Shown here piece by piece: positions 1 to 9,254 of a stretch of DNA of 64,000 nt; position 1 is the stretch's first letter; each line of letters starts with the position of its first letter. The notes under the pieces are model-generated. The model was not told where the DNA came from. It worked only from the letters and a program-made list of their open reading frames with translations, and ran no database searches. Made by a program: the position numbers and the translations under genes. The DNA is from Actinobacteria bacterium UBA7524 (lineage in GTDB: Bacteria; Actinomycetota; Coriobacteriia; Anaerosomatales; UBA912), in NCBI GenBank assembly GCA_002478275.1, contig DLMY01000016.1, forward strand, positions 1 through 64,000. The letters run 5' to 3'.

Positions 1-76
1 CGTTCCGCGGGATGTTCAATCCCATGAACTGAGAGTAGACCCCCCGAAACCTTACGCGCTCAACGAGTTCGACCGC

Positions 77-105
77 TTGACGCGATGGGCAGGTGGTATT
101 ACTGT
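77..105 (+). promoter_or_regulatory. Putative housekeeping-sigma promoter of the fdh operon
   Basis: TTGACG (77-82), 17-bp spacer, TACTGT (100-105); lies directly upstream of the palindrome and riboswitch. Confidence 0.55.
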
Positions 106-117
106 GTACTCCATCGC

Positions 118-135
118 TTGTAACAAGAGTTACAA
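118..135. promoter_or_regulatory. Rex-like operator (TTGTAAC-N4-GTTACAA)
   Basis: Perfect 7-4-7 inverted repeat just downstream of the -10 box; near-identical copy upstream of rex (51436-51453); resembles canonical TTGTGAA-N4-TTCACAA. Confidence 0.7.
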
Positions 136-196
136 CCCTTAAGCATCGTTATGAAGGGTAGGCCCGGCAGCCTGGCGAAACAAAGGAATAGCGGAT

Positions 197-300
197 GTGT
201 CTCCGAGCTTCATCACCTACAGCGTGAAGGTGCCATGGTGTTGGAGCCGATAGGGTGTCGAAGGAAACGACGGCGCCTCCCGGCTTGGAAAGGGGACCAC
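197..300 (+). promoter_or_regulatory. Moco/Tuco (molybdenum/tungsten cofactor) riboswitch, P3-less variant
   Basis: CTCCGAGC...CACCTA...ATGGTG...GCCGATAGGGTG..GGAAAC..CGCCTCCCG..TGGAAAGG signature; P1 gtctcc/ggggac; upstream of a Mo/W-bisPGD enzyme. Confidence 0.85.
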
Positions 301-369
301 GGACGTGACGCTGCTTGATCCTGCGTCGTCACATCCGCCCTACCTGGGGTAAGGGAGGCGCATACGTAT

Positions 370-421
370 GAAGACCGGCCTACAGCTCACCATCAGAGGT
401 GTTGCTGGTGCCGGTCTTTTC
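370..421 (+). terminator. Leader intrinsic terminator/attenuator
   Basis: AAGACCGGC (371-379) pairs with GCCGGTCTT (410-418), ending in a T-run, within the fdh leader. Confidence 0.6.
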
Positions 422-544
422 ACGTTCGCATGCTCCCGGAACGCCCGACCGATGGGGGGTGAGGCCTGCAACGCGTGATGTTCCGGGAACTAACGATGTT
501 TCGCAGTCCCAATTCTGGGACTACGGAGAAGAGAGGGAAGAGGT

Positions 545-3500
545 ATGGGCAAAATCGACAAGGGTAAAGGGGTGAACCAGGGCCTGAGCCGGCGCGACTT
601 CCTCAAGACCGGCGCAGTGGCTGCAGCAGCGGCCGCCGCAGGCGCTGAGATCGCCGCTCGCCCGTCAGTTGCCGCAGCCAACACCGTTCCTCAGGAGACG
701 TACCACACGACCTGTCCGTACTGCTCCGCGAGCTGTGGTCAATTCGTTGACGTTGCAGCGAGCGGTAATGTCGAGACAGAGATACTGGACGTCTACGGCG
801 ATCATATGTCGCCGATGAACGATGGTGGTCTGTGCGCGAAGGGCGCTGGCACGTTCCAGCTCGTGAACAACCCCCGCCGCCTTGGCGCGTGGGCTGGCTC
901 GCACCCGGTCAATGACGTGTTCGCGTATGACGAGAACTACGCCGATGGTGTCGCGTACAAGCGGACCGGCAACAATGCGTGGAACAAGATGGACCTGCAG
1001 GACGCGCTCGACGAGATCGCCCCGTTGCTCGTGGACGCTCGCGGGGACGTGACCTACGCGAACGGCTACAACTCCAAGAGCATCGCGTTCTTCGGCTCGT
1101 CGCACATGAACAACGAGCAGAACTACACGTATCGCCGCCTGATCGCTCAGTTCGGCACGTCGAACGTCGAGCATCAGGCCCGTATTTGACACTCCTCGAC
1201 GGTGGCCGGTCTGGCCGCCGCATTCGCACGAGGAGCCATGACCAACAACTGGAGCGATATCGGTAATGCATCGCTCGTGGTCGTCATGGGAGCCAACCCG
1301 TCCGAGAACCACCCGGCATGTATGGCGCACATCAATGCTGCGCGCGCCAAGGGCGGTAAGCTGGTCGTCATCGACCCGCGCAAGACCCGCACGGCTGTTC
1401 AGGCAGACCGTTACATCCGCATCCGTCCCGGTACCGACATCGCGTTCATCAACGGCGTGGTACGAGGTGTCATCGCAGAGATGGAAGACACAGCGAGCGG
1501 TCTTGGCTGGATTCCGGTCGCGACCCGCGAGACGGTTCGCACTAAGTTCTTCGCCTTCTTGAACCAGGGCGACGACACTCGCACGTTCTTCACGGACGGC
1601 GACGCCACCGGGGCGAGCACGACGGTTGCTGTTACCGACTTCTCGAAGTACACCGATGCACGTCTGATCGTGGATGGTTCGGACTACGCCCGTCAGACCA
1701 TTGGATCCGGTCCTACGGGAATCTCCAACTTCCCGCAGTACGCCTCGACCATCGATGGAGATCCGGATACGGTCTACAACTGGCTCAAAGCGCATGTCGA
1801 TCCGTACGACTCTGCTACGGTGACTGATGTTTGTGGCTGTACCGCTGATGACCTGACCTACGTGGTTCGCGCCTTCATCGACAACGGGCGTTGTTCGAGC
1901 GTCGGTGCTGTTACTGGCGCCAACTCTCAGGACCCTCGCGTCGCTGGTTATAAGTGCACCACGATGCTCTATGCGATGGGTCTGACCCAGCACACCCACG
2001 GCGCTTCCAACGTCAAGTCCTTTGCGGTCATCCAGACCCTCATGGGCAACGTCGGTCGTGCCGGCGGCGGCATCAATGCGCTGCGCGGAATCCACAACGT
2101 CCAGGGCTCGACGGACATGGGCAACCTGCAGCACCTGATCCCGTTCTACTCGGGCAACCCGACGGCGATGAGCTACATTGATGCTTCGGGTAATCCGGAT
2201 CCGACGAAGAACCCCGCGAACTACAAGGACTCGTTCGGCAAGTACATGGACATGCTGTGGGGCTCGCCGCTCAACGGTACCGCGGGTCGTACTGAGATGG
2301 ACATGAGCTACGGCGACGCGTATCGTCCGGCCACCCAGGCTGGCGTTCCGGGTCTGCAGCAGTGGGGCTTCTTCAACATGACGTACGACTTCTTCGGTGG
2401 CGGACAGACATGGAAGACGGCGTTCACTTCTGGTGGTTATGTCGACCGGGAGAAGACGGATGCGCTCTACGACCTGTGGCCCAAGACCAACGGTNNNNNN
2501 NNNNNNNNNNNNNNNNNNNNNNNNNNNNNNNNNNNNNNNNNNNNNNNNNNNNNNNNNNNNNNNNNNNNNNNNNNNNNNNNNNNNNNNNNNNNNNNNNNNN
2601 NNNNNNNNNNNNNNNNNNNNNNNNNNNNNNNNNNNNNNNNNNNNNNNNNNNNNNNNNNNNNNNNNNNNNNNNNNNNNNNNNNNNNNNNNNNNNNNNNNNN
2701 NNNNGAGCCGAACCAGAAGTGGATCCGCGAGGGCTTCTACCAGCTCGACACGCTTGTTGTCACGGAGCTCTACGAGACCGAGACGGCTGCAGTCAGCCGC
2801 AAGTCGGACGGCGTCACGTATCTTCTCCCCACGTGCTCGCACGTGGAAGAGGCGGGTAGCGTCTCCAACTCCGGACGCGTGCTGCAGTGGCGTGAGCGTG
2901 CAAGCAAGCCCCGCGGCAACAGTAAGTCCGACCTTGAGCTCCTCTTCAGGTTCGCCAAGGCCCTGAACGACGCAGATGCGTTCACGCACATCACCGATGT
3001 GTGGGACGGCTTCGGCGGGGCGTATGTCGGCCTCGATGCGTTCCAGGTCCTCTACGTCGACCCCTTCAACGACGCTCCGTTCGGTGGGGGTGCCGGCACG
3101 TGGAATGGCGACCTTGATACCTTCGAGGACGTCTCGGCGACCATGGAGGTCTGGCGTGGAGCTGAGACTGCGCCCAAGAACGTTACCGTCTACGGCACCG
3201 AGGTTTTCTGCGACCTGCTCTTCAGGCGCCTGTGCACCCTGAATACCGGCACGTCGTGGCTCTACACGGACGCCTACAACACATCTAAGGGCTCAGGCAG
3301 GCTTCCTGCTGCCCCGTATACTGCTCCAGGTGACGGCGGCCTACAGATTGAGTGGCGGGTCAACAACCGGGCCAAGAGCCGTGATACGCGCGACCCGGTG
3401 GCCACGCTGGCGTACCCTGCATGGGGCTACTCATGGCTGGTCAACCGCCGCGTGCTCTACAACAACGGTGACGTACCCGGTGACCAGCTTGATGGTTACC

Positions 3501-4312
3501 AGCGCCCGGAGAAGCTGGCGGCACTGTTCGCTACCACCAACGCGACGAACGGTCGTGCGCTCAACTACTCCAACTCTTACCGCTTCTACCACCGCCTGGC
3601 GGACAAGCCGGACGTCACGAGCAGCAAGCACGTTCTGCCAGGACGCTTCCCGGCCCACACCGAGCCGTACGAGACGCTTCGTGGTGACCTGCTGTCGACC
3701 TTCGGTCGCAACACCAAGGGCGGCCCGAAGTGGGATCTCGTGCCTTCGGACACCACGGTTTGGGTGCCGCTCGCATCCGAGGCCGGCGGTTCGAAGACCA
3801 ACACGACGCCTGCAGGCATCGTGACGGCAGCCAGCAATGAGGGTCTTCCGGACATCGCACAGCCGCTCGTCATGACGTCGATTCGCTGCGTCGAGCACTT
3901 CCAGGGCGGTCCGATCACCCGGAACAACCCGTGGAACGTTGAGGCGGAGCCGGAGCCGTGGGTCGAGATCAACTCGTTCGATGCGGCTGCTCGCGGCATC
4001 AAAGACGGCGACTACATCAACATCTACACGGTTCGTTCGGACAGCTTCGAATCTGGTATCGCCCGCCCGGCGGTGCGCATGACCGGTTCGAAGGAGAGCG
4101 GCACGTGGAACAAGGGCTACATCGCCCGCGTGGGTGTCGGCCTTCAGTCCAACCAGAGGGTTGGACGTGGCGTCGTCGCAATTCCGTGGCACTGGGGAGA
4201 CAAGGGTCTTTCCACCGGTGCGCGCGCGAACGACCTGTGCATCGATGCAAGCGATGCGAACACTGCGATTCCCGAGTACAAGGCGTGTGTCTGTTGGATC
4301 ACGAAGGCTTAA
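545..4312 (+). CDS. fdhA: Selenocysteine-containing formate dehydrogenase alpha subunit (FdnG/FdhA-like), Tat signal
   Basis: ORFs 545-1189 and 1202-4312 are in frame across TGA 1187-1189, giving QARI-U-HSSTVAGL; SRRDFLK Tat motif; CPYCSASC 4Fe-4S motif; GGGINALRG..NVQGSTD; C-terminal PEYKAC; includes an N gap. Confidence 0.93.
1200..1220 (+). promoter_or_regulatory. Bacterial SECIS element of fdhA
   Basis: Hairpin CGGTGGCC-GGTCT-GGCCGCCG starting at +11 after the in-frame UGA, with GG at the start of the loop. Confidence 0.8.
2495..2704. other. Scaffold gap (210 N) inside fdhA
   Basis: Run of N; flanks do not overlap. Confidence 0.99.
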
Positions 4313-4326
4313 GGAGGTGACGAGCA

Positions 4327-5220
4327 GTGGCTAACGTAATGGCTGTATTCCAGGACGTAGATAGGTGCATGCGCTGTAACGGCTGTGTGATCAGCTGTAA
4401 GCGCACGTGGAAGATGAGAGCAGACAACTGGGGTGTTCACAAGACGGCTCCCGACTCAAGGGTCATGATCAAGTCGCAGAAGCGTCTCGACATGGGTCCG
4501 TTCATCCGGTTCAGCTGCTGGCACTGCCCCGATCCTCCCTGTGTTGGACGATGCCCGTTCAACGCACTCACGAAGGAGGAGACCGGAGCGGTCTCGATCG
4601 ACCCGACGCTGTGTTCGCCCGGTGCTACCAATCCGGCGAACGGCAAGACCTGTACCCGTCAGTGCGTGGCAGACTGCCATCGCGGCGGTTATCCCAAGGT
4701 CGGCGTCGGCAGTGACGGCCAGTACACCGATTCGAAGGCGTGGAAGTGCACTCTGTGTCACGGACGCTCTGGAGATATCGAGGGTCTCGATGCTGAGACC
4801 CAGGCGGAGTACCAGGCCAAGTACGGCAACCCGCTTCCCACGAACTACAATTCGACCACGGGTGCTATGACCGTGCCGGAGACCAACCATGAGCCGAGCT
4901 GTGTGTATACATGCCCGGCCAAGGCGATGAAGTGGGATTCGAGGGCGAACATCCAGGCATGGATCTCAAACTCGGACAACGGGTACATCTCGTACATGGG
5001 TAATGGTAGTATGTATTGGGCGAGCTCGAAGTACGTGCTTGCCGCACCGAAGGCAGACCCGTTCATCGAGGACCACATCACGCCGCTCCTTTCGAGCGTG
5101 CTCAACGAGTCGGTCGCCAAGGCCGCTTTGGTCCCGACACTGGTCGCCGGTGGTGTGTTCGCAGTGATCGCTCGTCGGATCGCACTTGCCGACGAAGCCG
5201 CGACGGTTGGAGAGGGGTGA
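4327..5220 (+). CDS. fdhB: Formate dehydrogenase iron-sulfur beta subunit with C-terminal membrane anchor
   Basis: CMRCNGCVISC, CWHCPDPPCVGRC, CTLC, CVYTCP motifs; hydrophobic C-terminal helix; AAGGAGGT RBS. Confidence 0.85.
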   Translation: MANVMAVFQDVDRCMRCNGCVISCKRTWKMRADNWGVHKTAPDSRVMIKSQKRLDMGPFIRFSCWHCPDPPCVGRCPFNALTKEETGAVSIDPTLCSPGATNPANGKTCTRQCVADCHRGGYPKVGVGSDGQYTDSKAWKCTLCHGRSGDIEGLDAETQAEYQAKYGNPLPTNYNSTTGAMTVPETNHEPSCVYTCPAKAMKWDSRANIQAWISNSDNGYISYMGNGSMYWASSKYVLAAPKADPFIEDHITPLLSSVLNESVAKAALVPTLVAGGVFAVIARRIALADEAATVGEG

Positions 5221-5225
5221 TCTGC

Positions 5226-6491
5226 ATGCGGAGAAGTCACGTTCTCATAGTGGTCATAGCCGCAGCGCTCGCGTTCGCCCTGGCTCCGGGTGTCGCGATG
5301 GCGAACAACGCGATTCACGGCGGGTACTCCATGGACACTGATGCGTGCGCCGGTTGTCACCGTGCGCACACGGCTGCAAGCAGCATCCGGTGGACCAAGA
5401 CCGACGGCTCGGAGGGTAGCGCCTTGCTGCTCTCGACTGCCGACGAGGTCTACGAGTTCTGTCTCACCTGCCATGGTGCCGACGCCGCAGGAGCCGCCAC
5501 GAACGTGTGGGACGGCATCTACGAGGGCACCGAAGAAGGTACCCAGTTCGACATGCTCAACGGTGGCGGTTTCAGCGACGCCGACTTCCCGACCACGCAC
5601 CTGTATACGGGTGTCAGCTGGCCGGCATGGGGTGGCTCGACCGATGCAGGACTGCTCGGTGAGCTCATCGATGCCCCTGAAGTCGTGATGTCGTGCTCGA
5701 CCTGTCACGATGTGCACGGTAGCTCCAACTACCGCTTGCTCAAGGATGTCGTGAACGGCCGTACGGTCGGCGGTTACATCGGCGCCGGTCCGGACCCGAC
5801 CCCCGATCCTTGGGTCATCTCCAACGAGCCGGGCTATCCGGACACGGGCTGGCTGCTTCACGAGCCGGGTGCTGTCCAGGTAGCGGGTTACACGCCCAAC
5901 TACACCGAGCCGATGTACTCCAAGGCCCCGGATGAGGATCCGACCAAGGGTATCAGCGGCTGGTGTGCGGCCTGTCACGTCCAGTACCTCGAGCCGACTT
6001 CGACCCCGGTCGCGGGCGGTGCGTGGTGGGACGTCAACCAGACGGTCGACGCTCTTGGTGAGTCGACGACCGATGGCGAGCTCCTTGAGTGGCAGGAAGG
6101 TCGCGTGTACGACGTAACGGACGGCTTCGGCTACGTCGTGCGTCACAAGCACCCGATCAACGTCGAGCTGGCGAACTACCTTGGCGCACGTGATCTCAAC
6201 GTGAACACGCCGGGTCTTCCGCTTGCACACAGCTCCGGTGACGTGGCGACCCACGACCTCACCGACTGGATCGACTGTCTGACCTGTCACAGGTCTCATG
6301 GTTCTGGTTCCTCGATGACGGGCTTTGCCCGCGTCGCTGACTCCACGAACCCTGAGGAAGACACGGGTCCTGGCGGCGTTGCGCCGGCCTTTGGTCAGCA
6401 GGACACCGAGGGTCCCGACGATCCTCGGAGGGGCAATGCGTTGCTCCGTTTGGACAACCGCGGCGTGTGCGAGTCGTGTCACAACAAGTAG
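5226..6491 (+). CDS. Secreted hexaheme c-type cytochrome, OmcS/CwcA-like
   Basis: Sec-type signal peptide (A-M-A); six CxxCH (CAGCH, CLTCH, CSTCH, CAACH, CLTCH, CESCH); ends CESCHNK. Confidence 0.88.
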   Translation: MRRSHVLIVVIAAALAFALAPGVAMANNAIHGGYSMDTDACAGCHRAHTAASSIRWTKTDGSEGSALLLSTADEVYEFCLTCHGADAAGAATNVWDGIYEGTEEGTQFDMLNGGGFSDADFPTTHLYTGVSWPAWGGSTDAGLLGELIDAPEVVMSCSTCHDVHGSSNYRLLKDVVNGRTVGGYIGAGPDPTPDPWVISNEPGYPDTGWLLHEPGAVQVAGYTPNYTEPMYSKAPDEDPTKGISGWCAACHVQYLEPTSTPVAGGAWWDVNQTVDALGESTTDGELLEWQEGRVYDVTDGFGYVVRHKHPINVELANYLGARDLNVNTPGLPLAHSSGDVATHDLTDWIDCLTCHRSHGSGSSMTGFARVADSTNPEEDTGPGGVAPAFGQQDTEGPDDPRRGNALLRLDNRGVCESCHNK

Positions 6492-8224
6492 ACACCACTG
6501 CATCGCAGTTGCGGGAGTCTCGCAACGACGGGAAGGGCCGGGTAACCCCCGGCCCTTCCTTTACGTCGCTTCGGGCGGGTGGCATCAAGTCGGCGCTTCT
6601 GCTAGCGGGCACTTGGGTCGCAGTATCGGTGGCGGCAGCGGGTGAATTCGTGTTCGGTACGACTACCGTAGGCAGTGTCGATCCGGCGGTCGTGGTCGCC
6701 TCGGCGACCCTCGCCGGATCGGCGCTTCTGCTGGCCGTGCACGGTTCCCCTGCAAGTAGGGGTTCTTCCGCACGAGCGCATCCAAGTCCATCATGGGCGG
6801 CTGTCTTGATGATAGTCGCTGGTTCCTTGGTCGCTCAGCTGGGAGCCCCGCTACTCCTGTTCATGAGCCGCAAGACCGACGCGCCTTCAGGCGCGATCGT
6901 GGCGTTTTGGTCCACGGGCTTCTGGGGGCTTGCCCTGGTCCTCGCGGCNNNNNNNNNNNNNNNNNNNNNNNNNNNNNNNNNNNNNNNNNNNNNNNNNNNN
7001 NNNNNNNNNNNNNNNNNNNNNNNNNNNNNNNNNNNNNNNNNNNNNNNNNNNNNNNNNNNNNNNNNNNNNNNNNNNNNNNNNNNNNNNNNNNNNNNNNNNG
7101 CCCTGGTCCTCGCGGCAATCGTCTTCCAGCGGTCGACACGTCGCAGCCCGGCTGTCGTGCTCTCCGCCGGCATGCTGGCCCTCATCTCTGCAGCCGGGGT
7201 TCTCGGCAACTGGGAGCGCCCTAGCTCCTTGTCGCTCCTCACCCGCTTCACTGCTGAGCAACTCACGATCGGCGGCGCAGGTCTACTGTGGGCGGCAGCG
7301 GTGTGCGTCCTTGGGTATCTGGCCAGGCGGCACGGATGGGCACCCGTGGGCAAGTGGGTGGCTGCGTCGGGAGTGGTTGGCGCCGTCATTCTGTCGGCGA
7401 CCCAGGGTGGCCTGGGCGCCATCGTCGCGACTCCCGTCACGGTCTGGGTTCACGCTGTGTGCGCAGGGGCGGTTTTCGTCCTGACCATCACGCTCGCCTC
7501 GACAGGCCGCCTCGCCACTGCCGGAACGGCAATGGCGTTCGCTCCCGCGTTCATGTCACTTCTCACGCTTGTCGAGGTCGCGGTCGGGATGCTTGGACCG
7601 CGTCCGATACTGGTGGAACCCGTGATGTGGGCATCTGCGGCGGGTATTGTGGCCGCTGTCGTCGCGGCGAGTGTGGAGACAACTGAAGTCGCGGCAGGGG
7701 AGTCCGAGTTTCACTCCGGCCCTCCGCCAGTCCGTCTTAGCCTCGCGATCGCCGCCGGCTTCGCGGTCCTGCTGGCCGTTGTCGGCATGTTCTCGCCTGG
7801 TGTTGCGGCCTCGGTGCGCGGGACCTTTTCCGGTGGCGAGGCGTTCGCGGCAGATTTCGTGCTGTCCGGGTGGAGGACGGTCGGGGGATGGCTCGCGCTT
7901 TCCTCGGCAGGTATCGCTTTAGGAATGGCTACAGGTCGCCTGCACCATCGCGCGGTGTTGGCTTCTTCGGGTGCGACCCTGGTGGCGGGGGCTGCATGGT
8001 TCGCGCTGCGTTATACCCCACTTCACACCTGGATGAGCTGGATACCGGCGGAGATTCAGCAGGATTTCGGGACTGAGTATGCACATATTGTGTTTTCCGG
8101 ACTCATCCTCCCCTGGCAGGCTGCTGCGCTGGTACTATCCGCCGTAGTAGCCAGTGCGGCTGCGTGGTTGTCGATACGGCAGCGGATGCGCACCGCAGGC
8201 GGCGAAACGGTCGCCGCGAGCTGA
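6467..8224 (+). CDS. Polytopic membrane protein (possibly DMT/EamA-related); true start uncertain, probably downstream
   Basis: Many hydrophobic segments; ORF spans an N gap with duplicated flanks; the listed start lies upstream of the terminator. Confidence 0.55.
   Translation: MRVVSQQVDTTASQLRESRNDGKGRVTPGPSFTSLRAGGIKSALLLAGTWVAVSVAAAGEFVFGTTTVGSVDPAVVVASATLAGSALLLAVHGSPASRGSSARAHPSPSWAAVLMIVAGSLVAQLGAPLLLFMSRKTDAPSGAIVAFWSTGFWGLALVLAXXXXXXXXXXXXXXXXXXXXXXXXXXXXXXXXXXXXXXXXXXXXXXXXXXXALVLAAIVFQRSTRRSPAVVLSAGMLALISAAGVLGNWERPSSLSLLTRFTAEQLTIGGAGLLWAAAVCVLGYLARRHGWAPVGKWVAASGVVGAVILSATQGGLGAIVATPVTVWVHAVCAGAVFVLTITLASTGRLATAGTAMAFAPAFMSLLTLVEVAVGMLGPRPILVEPVMWASAAGIVAAVVAASVETTEVAAGESEFHSGPPPVRLSLAIAAGFAVLLAVVGMFSPGVAASVRGTFSGGEAFAADFVLSGWRTVGGWLALSSAGIALGMATGRLHHRAVLASSGATLVAGAAWFALRYTPLHTWMSWIPAEIQQDFGTEYAHIVFSGLILPWQAAALVLSAVVASAAAWLSIRQRMRTAGGETVAAS
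6531..6562 (+). terminator. Intrinsic terminator after hexaheme cytochrome
   Basis: GGAAGGGCCGGG-loop-CCCGGCCCTTCC followed by TTT. Confidence 0.7.
6949..7099. other. Scaffold gap with duplicated flanks (likely artefact)
   Basis: GCCCTGGTCCTCGCGGC occurs on both sides of the N run. Confidence 0.9.
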
Positions 8225-8244
8225 TCGCGTAAGGGGTAAGGGTC

Positions 8245-9156
8245 ATGGATCGGATCACCCGTATTCTCACGGTCTTTCTTGTGCTCGGCGCACTCCTGGT
8301 GGGTGCGGGGTGTAAGAAGCAGATGGTGACCGTCCGCACCGGCGAGATAGTCCTGTGTACCGAGGGTGAGGTCATCTCGGACACCACAGAACAGCTTTCG
8401 GTGCCCGCCGCCGATGTCGGCGACTACAAGGTCACCACTCACGTGGAGACGTGTGAGCTGCACAAGAAGCTCGCTGCGCTCTATGAGGCGGCCCAGGCGG
8501 CGATCGCGGCTGGAGATCTCGACAGTGCCCTGGCGCGCCTTAAAGAACTGACAGGACTCGATCCCTCTTACCGCAGGGCCGCCCAGCAGCTCGCCGACAT
8601 CGAGGCGGGCAGGACTCCTCCGACGGATCGCACGGCTGGCTCCGGCGGGGGTGTCGCGACAGGCGGTGGCGCTTCGAGCGGAGGCGCCTCTGGCGGCGGT
8701 TCGAGCAGCGGCGGTTCGAGTGGTACGACGCCGCCAGACGATGACGCCAACGTGCCGACCGGCCCGGTGATGAATCTCGTCAACTACGTCCCTGACACGC
8801 TTCCTGGTTTCAACGGACAGGATCTGATCGTTGATGTGTTCGCGCTCACCAGGAACTACGTCCCGACGTCGAAAGGCTCGATCGCCACGCTCGTGATCGT
8901 CGTCGAGCAGTTCCAGGACGAGGCGGCCGCCAAGAAGGCGCTCGACCAGACGATCAAGGTCGACTACCCGCAGGGAGGCGCCGGGCTGACGGTCAAGGGC
9001 CGTACGGGTTACTTCGGAGCACGTCAGGGCTTCGGCGTCGTGGCGTTCGCCGATGGAGCCCTGCTCGTGGCGATAGAAGGCGGCGCACATTCCAGCACGG
9101 GAGGCACCGCACTCAAAGCACCGCTCACGACGCTCGCTGACGCGGTACTTCCTTAA
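8245..9156 (+). CDS. Lipoprotein of unknown function
   Basis: Lipobox LLVGAG-C; TPR-like helical segment; Gly/Ser-rich linker. Confidence 0.75.
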   Translation: MDRITRILTVFLVLGALLVGAGCKKQMVTVRTGEIVLCTEGEVISDTTEQLSVPAADVGDYKVTTHVETCELHKKLAALYEAAQAAIAAGDLDSALARLKELTGLDPSYRRAAQQLADIEAGRTPPTDRTAGSGGGVATGGGASSGGASGGGSSSGGSSGTTPPDDDANVPTGPVMNLVNYVPDTLPGFNGQDLIVDVFALTRNYVPTSKGSIATLVIVVEQFQDEAAAKKALDQTIKVDYPQGGAGLTVKGRTGYFGARQGFGVVAFADGALLVAIEGGAHSSTGGTALKAPLTTLADAVLP

Positions 9157-9254
9157 CCACGCGTCAGACACGGTTGGGCACGTATCGTGCTATGAGGACG
9201 CGTGCGGCCCGGCCTTCGACGACCGGCATCGTCAAGGAGTAAGGTGGACCACTC

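Noticed and set aside
545..1189. fdhA as a split gene or pseudogene
   Set aside because: The stop is a single in-frame TGA at the catalytic Sec position, followed by a SECIS
665..2989. Long antisense ORFs here and elsewhere (4845-6503, 21577-23280, 24047-25684, 30648-31850)
   Set aside because: Shadow frames of well-supported genes in high-GC DNA, with no motifs
6932..7116. Direct repeat flanking unknown sequence, like a target-site duplication
   Set aside because: The repeat borders an N gap; typical unmerged contig overlap
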